Assembly (NCBI RefSeq): GCF_009914755.1
Contig: NC_060928.1
DNA from: the human T2T-CHM13v2.0 reference genome, Homo sapiens
Direction: 5' to 3' (one strand)
Length of the DNA: 64,000 bases
Shown here: positions 13,823 through 25,095 of the stretch, one piece after another
How the letters are laid out: the number at the start of each line of letters is the position of its first letter
Numbering within the stretch: the stretch's first letter is position 1
Position numbers and translations under genes: made by a program
The notes under the pieces: model-generated
The model's database searches: none
Told to the model about the DNA's origin: nothing
What the model saw: the letters and a program-made list of their open reading frames with translations, nothing else

Positions 13823-15964
13823 AGCCTACTCCTGGCCATGGGCCTCTGCCCCTATCTTCTGCCTTCTGTTCTGTCCCAAGAAAAGCCTGACACTCTAAAG
13901 AGGTCGCCGATTTTGATCACAAGTTTGAAAGACTCATAAGGCATCTAACATTTTAAGCTGTACAAACAAAATTAAAACTAAACACTTCGGAAAACAAAAA
14001 GCACACAAGAAATTTGGCTTTTTGCATCTGCACTGCCCATGCATTTGCTCCAGCCAGGGCAGTGCCAGGCAGCCTTCTGCAGGGAGCCACCAAGTGCCCA
14101 CCCCCGGGCAGGTCCACCTGGCTGCCCCTGTTGCGTAGTTCTGGGAGGCTGGCCTTGCAGCCACCTGAGAGGCCTCTGCTCGGAAAGCAGGAGGCACCTG
14201 ACAATGCCACGCTGATTGGATGTGAGCAGACAGAAGGAAGTATCTTAAAAGTCACACTGCTCTGCCAGCGATCACATTTTTGCTTAGGTTGATGACTGCT
14301 GGGCTGGTTGTCCTGGGGCAGGAAAGGACTGGGCTGTAAATGGACAGTGGGACCAGTCAGGTCATGCCCTCTGTCTGGCTGGACCCCCTTTCTCACTCCA
14401 CCATTCAGGGAGGCCTATTATGAGCCACTATCTGAAGAAGCCTGTGGATGAAAACCTAGTAAATTGGCTGTGATTCTTTGTCCTCCAGCAGCATCCACAT
14501 AGCAAGGAGAGGACACTGGCCCATGGCATCTTTGACCAGATCCCCAAGCTTCGCAGTAACTGAGCAGGCATCAGCAGGGGAAGGTTTGCCAGCTCTGGAG
14601 ATCAGCCCCCTGAATGGTGACAGGTTTCACTTCCCATCATGGAAATGGGGCTGGAGCCTCCTGCCTCTTGTGGCCTCTGCAGTAGCAGGGAAGCCCAGCC
14701 AGAAGCCAGCAGGGATGGGGGCCTTGGTCACCAGGGGTATAGGGAGCTCCAGCTTTGGGCAACTAGGAGCTGAGGAGAGGCCTCACTCCAGAGCCTGCAC
14801 CTGAAAACTATGCTCCATCCTTAAATTTGGCTACTTTTTCACAGCTATAAGTAGACTTCCATACACAATACAGATATTACACGTGGTTTCTGTAGCTTCT
14901 CTCTCCTAACTGCTCTGTGCTGGCACTCACCCCGCAGAGCACTGGCTGCCTCCCCAGTCCCACGGCAGGAGGTACTCATCTTTCCCACCAGGCTGTGGCT
15001 CTGCTCCCAGCTGCTCAGGGTCAGCAGCTACCAGCCTGATGCCACAATTCCAGCATGTGGGAGTCCGATCACCTTTTCCCAAGACTTGGAGCCGGACTGG
15101 CTCCCAGCCAGCCCAGCAGACAGATGGAAACACACTCCACGAGCATATGGAACTCATTTCATATCATGTGTGAAAACACACACACACATAGCCTCATCAT
15201 TTAAAAGTATGACCTTCACATCAATTAAGGCGATTACGGGGTATATTTGAAATGAAATGCTATCATACTCAAAATTACCAGATTAATGAAATAATCAACA
15301 GGAAAATTATCTATGCCAGAAAAACTATGACTGATTTTCCGAAATAGGATTAAATTGTTCATATGTATTAATCAAAAATAAGATCTGCTTTGCAGTCGAA
15401 ACCACACAACCAGTTTCCAAAAAAAAAAAAAGAAAAGAAAAAAGAAATGTATGGGATGTGGCATCAGGGTCTCTACACACACAGAAAGTTAGCTTTAGAA
15501 AGAGGCTGGATTCAGTCAACTAGCTAGCAGAATACAACTGTTCAAACTCAACATTTGTCCGACCAAATGAAACCATTTCCCCCCACACTGACTTGTGCGT
15601 AGACATCCTCTAATTCCAATTTGATGAATATTCTCCAATAACATAGCAATTAATTTAATAAAGGAACTCACCAATTTTAAATTGCAATAAATTTACCAAA
15701 CATTTTCACTATTTATGGAGAGCTTTACAGTAAGAAAGTATCAACAAAAGCAGGCACATCCGTGTACAAAGTGTTGCTGTTGGGTGTTCTCACTTCTTCT
15801 TTCTGAATTACCAGCTGCTCTGCGTCTCTGTCTGCTCTTCCTCCGTGGGAAGTCGCCGTCCTGGGGCGCTCGCTCTGTCCCCCTCGCCTCGGACCACCAG
15901 GCAGAGCAGCCCCAGGGTTTGGACTTGCCAAGAAAAGTGCAGTCGGGCTAGCCAAGCCCAAACA

Positions 15965-15970
15965 TTTATT
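15965..15970 (-). terminator. Candidate proximal polyadenylation signal (AATAAA) of TMEM271
   Basis: tttatt on the + strand ~280 nt past the stop codon. A variant ATTAAA lies at 15654-15659 in an AT-rich 3'UTR-like region. Confidence 0.4.
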
Positions 15971-16249
15971 GTAAACTTGAAAATGGAATCCAGATATGAA
16001 CGACACAAATAAGAAGAGAAACCTCCCAGATACAGAAATGGTCACATCAGGGGCCCCCTCCTGTGGTCACGGAGCCCGCAGAGGGGGCCAGGCCGGAGGC
16101 TGCAAAGCCACGTGGAAGAGGCGGCGCCCCTGAGGCCTGGCCCTGGACCCCGCCCCGCTGCCCGTCCTCCCTTGCCGCGGGGGTCCTGAGCGGGGCGGGG
16201 TGGGTGGAACGCAAGCGCGGTCCGCGGGATGGGGGTCCGGCCCGCGGGA

Positions 16250-17407
16250 TCAGCAGGCCCGATGGGTCTCCCAGGGCCGCGGCGTCTCGCAGGGCGGCCG
16301 GCAGCAGTAGGGGTAGGAGGCGTTGAGGTCGGGGTCCGAGGGCGCGTACCCCGGCAGCTCCACCGACGGGTGCCCCCCGCAGCGCACCTCCGCGCCCGCC
16401 TCGTCCAGCGCGTGGAGGACGCCTACGTTGATGTAGGAGACCGCGTGGTGCGCCGCGAAGCCCGCGCAGTCCCCGGGGGCGGCCAGGTCCGACTCCTCCG
16501 GGGACAGGATGGAGGCCTCGCTCGGCCGCTGCTGCAGCCGCCGCCCCCGCCGGCCCCGCCGGCCCCGGCGCGCCCGAGAGGCGGGCGGCTGCGCGCGGAG
16601 CCCGGAGCCGCCGCGGGGCCGCGCCAGGGCCCGGCCTCCCCTCCGCCTGCCGCGCCGACCGCGCCGGGCCTGCGACGACTTGTAGTTCTTGACGAGCAGG
16701 AGGCTGAGCAGGCCCAGCAGGCACTCAAGCGAGTTGAAGACGGTGGAGAGCACCAGGCCGCGCTGGTAGTCCTTCAGCTGGCGGCACTTGGCGGACGTGG
16801 CGCTGTCCAGGGTGCTGCGAGCGCGCGGGGCGCCGGGGGCCGAGCCCGGCGCCGAGCCGGGGGCCGAGCCCGGGGCCGAGCCGGGGGTTGAGCCCGGGGC
16901 CGAGCCGGGGCTCGAACCTGGCGCCCGCGGGGGCAGGCAGTAGTGCGAGTACTTGCGCTCCACCAGGGACACGGTGTCGCCGTCGATCACGGCGCCCGCG
17001 AATGCGCTGAGGACCCCGAGCATGAAGACCAGGACGCCGAGCAGAAGCAGGTTCTGGCTGCTCACCGGCCCCGGGGCCCCGGCCGCGGCCCCCGACTCGC
17101 CCGGCGTGGCCTCGGGAGCGCCTGCCGGCGCCGCGGGGACCCCCAAACCCGGGCCCGGTTCCGACCCCGCGAGGGGCGCGTCCCGGGGTCCGCAGCAGAG
17201 CAGGGCGGCGCCGAGCAGTGAGAGGCCGGCGGCCAGCAGCAGCCCGGAGTAGAAGGCGCCGGCGGCGGCCCCCAGGCGGAACGGCTCCCCGCGCAGCTCC
17301 GAGCCCAACGAGAAGCACTTGAGGCCGACGGCGGCGGCGCTGAGCGCGCAGGCGAGCAGGAGGCAGGAGGAGAGCGCGGCGCAGGCCCCGCGGACGCTCC
17401 ACTTCAT
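16250..17407 (-). CDS. TMEM271: Transmembrane protein 271, single coding exon, 385 aa, four hydrophobic segments
   Basis: ATG at 17407-17405 (context GGAGG-ATG-A) and TGA at 16252-16250, giving 1158 nt. MKWSVRGACAALSSCLLLACALS...PWETHRAC recognised as TMEM271. Confidence 0.93.
   Translation of the reverse strand: MKWSVRGACAALSSCLLLACALSAAAVGLKCFSLGSELRGEPFRLGAAAGAFYSGLLLAAGLSLLGAALLCCGPRDAPLAGSEPGPGLGVPAAPAGAPEATPGESGAAAGAPGPVSSQNLLLLGVLVFMLGVLSAFAGAVIDGDTVSLVERKYSHYCLPPRAPGSSPGSAPGSTPGSAPGSAPGSAPGSAPGAPRARSTLDSATSAKCRQLKDYQRGLVLSTVFNSLECLLGLLSLLLVKNYKSSQARRGRRGRRRGGRALARPRGGSGLRAQPPASRARRGRRGRRGRRLQQRPSEASILSPEESDLAAPGDCAGFAAHHAVSYINVGVLHALDEAGAEVRCGGHPSVELPGYAPSDPDLNASYPYCCRPPCETPRPWETHRAC
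16799..16819 (-). promoter_or_regulatory. Candidate REST/NRSF RE1 element inside the CDS
   Basis: The minus strand reads CGCAGCACCCTGGACAGCGCC versus consensus TTCAGCACCnnGGACAGCGCC. Confidence 0.6.
16829..16924 (-). repeat. Coding 12-bp tandem repeat, (A/S/T)PGS x ~8
   Basis: The protein reads APGSSPGSAPGSTPGSAPGSAPGSAPGSAPGA. Confidence 0.9.
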
Positions 17408-17520
17408 CCTCCGCGCCCGAGCCGGCCCGCACCCCGCGCGCCCGCCGCCGCCCGCCGCCGCCCCCGCCGCCTGCGCCTCCTCCCGGCGCCGCGCGGCCGG
17501 ACCGCCGGCCTCCTCCTCAT
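17404..17520 (-). other. uORF2, 38 aa, Arg-rich (MRRRPAVRPRGAGRRRRRRGRRRAAAGARGAGRLGRGG); its stop overlaps the main ATG
   Basis: ATG 17520-17518, no internal stop, TGA 17406-17404 within ATGA. Confidence 0.7.
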
Positions 17521-17567
17521 CCTCCCGCGTCCTCCCGGGCCCGCGCCGCCGCCGCCGGAGCCCGCAT
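17517..17567 (-). other. uORF1, 16 aa (MRAPAAAARAREDAGG); its stop overlaps the uORF2 ATG
   Basis: ATG 17567-17565, TGA 17519-17517 within ATGA. Confidence 0.65.
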
Positions 17568-17577
17568 CCTCCGCCTC

Positions 17578-17607
<30 letters not shown>
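17578..17607 (-). repeat. (CGG)10 trinucleotide repeat upstream of the TMEM271 ATG
   Basis: Ten uninterrupted CCG units on the + strand. Confidence 0.95.
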
Positions 17608-17608
<1 letters not shown>

Positions 17609-18211
17609 GACCCCGCGCCGGGAACCGATGCGGCGCAGAGACCGCAGGGCGCGCGCCCCCTCCCCAGCCCGCGGGGCCCCTCCCAGGAGGCTCGTTCCCC
17701 CCCAACCCCCCACCCCGCCCGCGGCCCCGCGCGCCTCGCCCTGGCGCCGCCCTTCCCCGCCCCCGGCAGCCCCCGCCACCCCCGGGACGCCCCTCCGCTT
17801 CCTCCTCCCGGAGCGGGGGCCCCTGGCCGCGTCTCTCCGCCTTCCCTCCCTATCCGCGCCCCTATCCGGCGCGGGCCGCTGCGGAAACGCAGCTCTCCAC
17901 CCCCAGCTGGCTCTCCCGGACCCCCTGGGCCCCACCCTCAGCGCTCCCCACCGCTCGGCGCCCCTGCGTCTGCGCTCCCCTCTCTCCCCTCTCTATCCAC
18001 TGGGTCTGGGCCGCACTTCCCGCCCACCCGCCTGCCAGCGGCCGGGAAGCCTGTGGAAGTTATGGGGATGCAGGGAGAGGGGGAGAGGGGAGCTTGTGTG
18101 CTAGGGGTGAGTGGGTATGGGGGAGAGCCTGGGTAAGGAGAAGGGGAAAGGGGGAGCCTGGGAAAGGAGGGAGGAAAGGAGGAGAGCCCGGGTGCTGGGG
18201 TGGGGGGGAAA

Positions 18212-18350
18212 GGAGCCCGGGGAGGGAGGGGGAGGGGCCGGGAGCTGGGGGGGGTGGGAAGGAGCCCGGGGAGGGAGGGGGAGGGGCCGGGAGCTGGGGG
18301 GGGTGGGAAGGAGCCCGGGGAGGGAGGGGGAGGGGCCGGGAGCTGGGGGT
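18212..18350 (+). repeat. 49-bp G-rich tandem repeat x ~3 in the promoter region
   Basis: Units start at 18212, 18261 and 18310 (ggagcccggggagggagggggaggggccgggagctggggg...). Confidence 0.9.
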
Positions 18351-18431
18351 AAGGGAGGAGTGAGCCTGGGTGCTGTGGGGGGAGGGGGTTGTTCAAGGGA
18401 TGGGGACGATCAGGGTCTCTGGGAAGTGCTG

Positions 18432-18530
18432 ACGTGTGCGCGTGTGCGGTGTGTTGCTTGTGGGTGCGTGTGTGGTGTGTGCATGTGTGTGCGCGCGCGT
18501 GTGTGCGGGGTGTGCCGTGAGCGTGTGCCC
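18432..18530. repeat. (GT/GC)n alternating tract
   Basis: gtgtgcgcgtgtgc...gtgtgtgcgcgcgcgtgtgtgc. Confidence 0.8.
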
Positions 18531-20994
18531 GCGGTTCGGGGGATGAGTAGGGGCGCTGACTTTTAGGACCAGCCATTTGAGTCAAGCTGGAGACGACGTC
18601 TTAGAACCTAGGATGAGTCTCGTTTGGTTTTAGTCTGCAAAGCTCGTCTGCATCAGACAGGAATTTTCCCCAGACGCGGGTGCACGTGAATTAATTCATC
18701 AGAAGGCGGTTCACGGCCTGAGTGAGGGGGACGAGGGCGGCGAATTCCTCCGCCTCATTCCTACCCTGACGATTCGAGGTGGGTGAGAGGAAGGCGTGGG
18801 GCGGCTGGGTGCGTGGGGTGGGGGAAGGTCACCTCTTCGGCCTCTCTGGGCCCTCCAGCCTCTTCCTGAGAGGAGCTCGCCTCGGCCCCTTGGTTGGGGG
18901 GATGGGAGCGTCTCCGGAAGGCCCTCGGCCGAGCAGCTGGGCCTGCACCCCTGGTCCCTTCCAGTTCGTTTCTGCTGCGGCGGCAAGAGGCTGGGGAGCC
19001 GATGACTCACCCTGCCGGCTAATTGCAGCGTTAAATAACTTTGCGCCGGATTCGGTGGCTGCAGCAGGGAACGCGCTCCGGGCGCCGGGGGAGGTGGAGG
19101 GACGCCCTGAGAACGCACCTCCGTCCCTGTCACCAGCCTTAGCAAGTTCTGGCCTGTGGAGCCGTCATCCAGAGCGCACAGCTTCATGCCCTTGAAGGGC
19201 GCAGTGTGTCCCGTGGTGCCCGGTGGGCCCGGACAGAGACCCCAGAGGCTCTGTCTGAAGGAAGCTGCACCCACAGACTCCATCCAGGCAGCGCGGGCGC
19301 GGTCCTGTCGCCTACCTTTCTCGGAAGCCATCTGCCCATGTGAATCTATGTGAAGGCCCTTCATGCGCTCCTGGACATCTGCGTGGGATTTACTTCAACT
19401 GCTATCGCTGCGAGGAGGACGAGCATGTTTCACTGTATTTTTAGCAGAGAGTGCAGATTTTAGAACCTCGCGAACGGTCCTGTATCTCCTGCACGATGAC
19501 TCTCCAGAACAGGAATAGTGACCCTTCCTTTGCATTTATGGTGCATAGGTTTTCAAAGGACAGTGTGTAAATCAGCTTGTGTAATAATTGTGGCACCCAC
19601 GCGCGCAAGCAGACTTACCATGAGCTGACTTCCACTGATTATTTCAGTTTCCAGGGAAACGAGGTTTGCAGCCCCCTCCAGTGAGGGCGGAGCGGCCTCT
19701 CCATTCCCAATGCAGCAAGGCTGCTGCAGCCACGATGATTAGGCTTTGGAGGAGGAAGTGAACGGATGGGGCCTCATCCTCCTGCCTCCCTAAAGGGTGA
19801 GGGTGGAAGGATGGGGCTGTGCCCTCTTAGGGCAGGGAAAAACAGCTTGGAGGGGTTTCTGCCATCAGAGATCCCATAGGAGGCAGGTCAGTCCTGCAGA
19901 ATTTCTCCCCAGTCTGGCCTCCAGCCTCCCTGGCCCCTTTCTAGAGGCCTCCATCCCACTGGCGGCTTGCTCCTGCCACCGGGCCTCTGCACAGTCACCT
20001 CCTGCAGCCTGGGGTGTGTCGCCTCTCCACGTCCTCACCGGCGTCTGCCTTTGCATTTCCCAGATGCTCGCTTCACCCCACTGAGATGTAACTCAGTTTT
20101 GTGGGATCCCACTGCCCTCCAGGTGCCGCTCCGAGTGCTCTACACAGATTTTCATTCAGTCCTTGCGGCACACGAAGGTAGGCGGCCCCACTGCCCTCAC
20201 AGAGGCTTCCCATGCAGGAGCCAGTGACTGGCGGAGCGCCGCTCACACTCAGGCTCCGCGAACTGCCTCCCTGCCCTCCCCTGCCCCGGACAGACGGTCC
20301 TCCATAAGAGGCAGGATTTCCCTGTGGTCCAAAGGTGTGTGTCCCTGCCACATTGGGAGTTCAGCTCACTGCGGTCCTGTCCAGCTTGCCCCCGTCTCCC
20401 ATCCACATCAGGATCTGGCTTTGCCCCAGCTATGTGGAATGAGTGCATGAACAAATGAATGGGTGGGTTGCTCCATCTTGTGACAGGACAGCAAAGTCAG
20501 CTGGTTCTGCTCCTACGGCGCTCAGGGTCAGGTGAGACAGGCCGGCCCGCAGGCAGACAGGCCCTCATCTCTGTATTGGGGGTGGGGAAGGGGCTCTGGC
20601 AGGGCGCATGCCCCAGCAGCAGGAACGTCAAGAGCAGAGGCCCTGGAGGAGACAGCCCGGAGCTGGCGCACAGTAAAGTCTTCAGATAGGAGGGGCAGAG
20701 TGAGGGTGCCACCGTCGGGCAGCAGGTGCCCACCCAGAAGGGTCTTTGAGCCTTGCGGGGAAGTTCAGACTTTACCCTGAGGATAAAGGAGGTCCTGGAC
20801 CCGCAGGAGGATGCCCTGGTGGGTCTAGAAGGAGCCCTGCCACTGGGGAGCTGGTGGGGTTTCCGCCCTCACGGTGCAATCACAGGGTTGCCTGCTTATC
20901 TCCCCCGCCCTTTTCCCATCACTTCCTGAGACTCTGCAGATGGTCAGCAGTGTTCCTGAGTGGATGACATTGGGTGGGCAGAGAGAGGGGAGGG

Positions 20995-21074
20995 CAGTCT
21001 GTGGTCCCAGTCATGTAGAGCTTCCTTGTACAGTCTGTGGTCCCAGTCATGTAGAGCTTCCTTGTACAGTCTGT
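20995..21074. repeat. Perfect 36-bp tandem duplication (2.2 copies)
   Basis: cagtctgtggtcccagtcatgtagagcttccttgta at 20995 and 21031. Confidence 0.95.
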
Positions 21075-21755
21075 TGAGCTCACATACCCTCAATGGCCCT
21101 TCACTCACAGGGATGGCCTCTGCACTTCAGCTGGTTTCTGACACCTAAAAACAGAAGTGGAAAAGGGAGCAGACGCAGCCACATTTTGAAAGCTGATTCG
21201 GTTGCTTTCTGGCAGAATCCCTGCCCCCAAGCACCTGCCAGGCCCACCCATGAAGCCTCTTCCCACGCCTTAACTCTGCCCCATGAGGGGACCTCAAGCA
21301 GTTGCAGTCTAGTCAGGTGATTTGCAGAGCTCAGGGCTCAGGGAGGGGCACCCACCTCAGAAAAAAGCGCCGTGCTCATGAGAAATGACTTCTACAGGTT
21401 GTTGGGGAAAGAGGAGTTATTTTAAAGATCACAGAGCCCGTGATGTGCCAGGCGCACCCACACAGGGCATATAGTCCCCGCAGCTGCCTCTGTGCTGGGG
21501 CCACGTCACCGTCCTGTCCTAAAGACAAGCAATGTGAAGCCCAGAGATGGTATCTTAAAACAATCGTGTGGTTTTTTTCTGATTACAACAGCAATTGTGT
21601 TAATCCAACAATATTTTTCCTATCAACTGTAAACCTTATTTTAATATTTACATATTTATTAGCATTTAAAATTCAATCTCCTAGAATATTGACTTCAATT
21701 AGTTTGGCTGATTCTAATTTTTTTTTTCTAATTTGTTTATCACTTAACTTTTTAA

Positions 21756-22050
<295 letters not shown>

Positions 22051-24172
22051 TGTTTTTAGTACTTTTATCCTTTATCTTTTTAACTACGTAAGTACTCAAC
22101 ATTTTAAATTATTAATCTTCACCATGTTATTTCCAAGAACAATCACGATTGATCTTTCAGTTACACAGCCACGGTGTGTGCCTCTCTGTGTAACTCTGCA
22201 CAGCTGGTGATTTACTGAAAGAACTTACTCTCATAAAACCACAGCCAGCGAGTTCTCAGAGACACAATAATGCACCTTAATTATGAGTTTAAAAGCTCTT
22301 GTCTTGTGAAATGTAATCGATCCACAGAAAAATCATAAAGTATACATGTAATAGCTTAATGACTTATAAATGAAGATCTGTATACTTCCCACTCGAAAAA
22401 CGGAATATTGCAGGATTTGAGTACACAACCCGTACCTTTCCAACGACAGCCTCCCTCCCACCAGAGCTTCTGCTGAGTTCACTTGAAATCACTTCCTTGC
22501 ATTTATTTATACTTTTATTACCTTGAGGTGCATCCCTAACCATTCTAGTTCGATTTTGCCTGGTGTTTGAACTTTATATTAATGGAATCATAGGACATAA
22601 TTCTTATATCTCTGGTTTCTTTCATTCAACTTTGTGTCTGCGAAATGTATCCATGTTGCATGCAACGGGGGCTCATTCATCGCTGGTTACTGATTCACTG
22701 CATGAGTATGACACAGTTTATTAACCATTTCACTGCTGATGAACATTTGATCATTTCTAGTTTGGGAATATTATTAATAATTTTTGAACCTTCTTATTTG
22801 TGTGCCCTGATGTACATGGACATGCATTTTAGGGGTGTATACTTAGGGAAATTGCCGGTTCATGAGTAACACCTATCTTCAGGTATTACTTTTTGTGCCC
22901 TTTTATGCTGAACTACAATTTACGTGCAATACCAATCATTCATATTAAGTGTACAACTCAGTGAGTTTAGACAACTGGACACCTTGTTGTGAGTCACCAC
23001 CACCGAGATGATCCAGCACTGTCCCAACTCCCCCCAAGTTCTCCTTTGCAGGCACCCTCTCCCTCCATTCTGGGCACAGGCAACCATGAACCACTATCTG
23101 TCACCGTAGCTTTAGTATAAAATTTCACATACATGGACTCAGGGAGCATAGAGTCTTTCCTGTCTGGCTTCTTTCCGCTGGCAAAATGCTTGGAGACTTT
23201 TCCACGTTGCTGCATGAATCAATGGATCATTTGTTTTCGTGGCTGAGCAGAATTCCACCAACATTTGTTTACTCATCCATGAAATGATGGACATTTGGTG
23301 TTTTTCCATTGAGATTGTTATGAATAATGCTGCTATTGTCATTCAAGGACAAGTCTTCTGTGAACATCTGTTTTCACTTCTCTTGGGTACATCCTTAGAA
23401 GTGGTATTGCTGGACTGTATCAAAAGTTAATATTTAACTTTCAGGAAACTTACAAACTGTTTTCCAGAGTGGCTGTACCATTTTGCATTCCCAGACCGAA
23501 GTGTGAAAGCTCCAGATGCCCCACGCCCTCACCAGCCCACGGTGTTGTCAGCCTTAATAGTGCTGACCATTCTGGTGGGTTTGCAGTGTATCTCATTGTG
23601 TTTTAATTTGCATTACCTTGACAACTAATGGCGTTGAGACTTTCATATATCTTTAGTAAAGAGTCCTTCCAAATCCTCTGCCGATTTTTTAAAAATTGGG
23701 TTGTCTTCTTGTAATTGAGTTGTAAGAATTCTTTATACGTTCTGAACATGTTATTTATTGGATAAATGTTTCGCAAGTATTTTCTCCCAGTCTTTGACCT
23801 ACTTTTTCATCTTCTTATCAAGAGCTTTTAAAAAGCAAAACTTTACATTTTGATGACATCCAATTATTACTTTTTTCTTTTATGTTTTTTGTGTATTATT
23901 TAGGAAATAATTGTCTGAACCAAGATTACAAATATTTTCTTGTCTTTCAGAAGTTTTGTGGTTTTAGCTCCTAAGTGTACATCTGTGATCCATTTTGAAT
24001 TAATTTTTGTATATGGTATGATGTAATGGTCAAGGTTTTTATTTTTGCATATGGATATACAGTTGTTCCAGTACCATTTCTTGAAAATAATTACCAGTAC
24101 CATTAAGTTACCTTGGTACTTTTATTGAAAATCAATTGACTCTCAGTTCTGACCCATCGACTTATATGTCTG

Positions 24173-24478
24173 TTTTTTTTTGTTTTTTTTTTTTTTTTTG
24201 AGATGGAGTCTCACTCTGTTGCCCAGGCTGGAGTGCAGTGGTGCTGTCTGGGCTCACTGCAACCTCTGCTCCCAGGTTCAAGCGATTCTCCTACCCCAGC
24301 CTCCTGAGTAGCTGGAATTACAGGCATGTGCCACCACACCCAGCTAATTTTTGTATTTTTAGTAGAGACGGAGTTTCACCATGTTGGTTAGGCTGGTCTT
24401 GAACTCCTGACCTCGTGATTCACCTGCCTCGGCCTCCCAAAGTGCTGGGATTACAGGCGTGAGCCACCGTGCCTGGCC
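24173..24478 (-). mobile_element. Alu (AluS-type)
   Basis: Full reverse-complement dimer, TSD atgtctgtt. Confidence 0.95.
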
Positions 24479-24882
24479 ATGTCTGTTCTTATGCTAACAT
24501 CACAGTATCTGGATTATTGTAGCTCCATAATGAATGCTGGAATCAGGTAATGTGAGTCCTCCAACATTTTTACTCTTTTTCAAAATAATTTGACTATTTT
24601 AGGTCCTTTGCATGTCCATACAGATTTTAGACTCAGCTTGTCAATTTCTACCCAAAAATGTCTGATTGAGATTGTATTGAACCTATATCTTAATTTGGGG
24701 ATAATTAGTATGTTAGCAATATTGAATCTTCTAACCTACATTTACTTAGTCTTCATTAATTTATCTCATCAATATTTTGTAGTTTTCAGTGCACAGGCTT
24801 TGCACACATTTTGTTAAATTTCCCTATAAGGATTTCATATTTTTATATTTTTCATTTTGTAAATGTTAATTTAAAGGAATAA

Positions 24883-25095
<213 letters not shown>

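Larger units (their letters stand above)
16050..19330. promoter_or_regulatory. CpG island spanning the TMEM271 CDS, leader and promoter
   Basis: Very high GC and CpG density relative to the CpG-depleted flanks. Confidence 0.9.

Noticed and set aside
16250-17935. The 561-aa ORF as the true protein
   Set aside because: It starts at GTG. The first in-frame ATG at 17407 gives the recognised 385-aa protein, so the extension is kept only as a speculative finding.
16047-18585. Overlapping alternative-frame and antisense ORFs around TMEM271 (e.g. 16725-17432, 16229-16891, 17319-18104)
   Set aside because: Expected in very GC-rich sequence. Mostly non-ATG starts and low-complexity R/G/A/P products.
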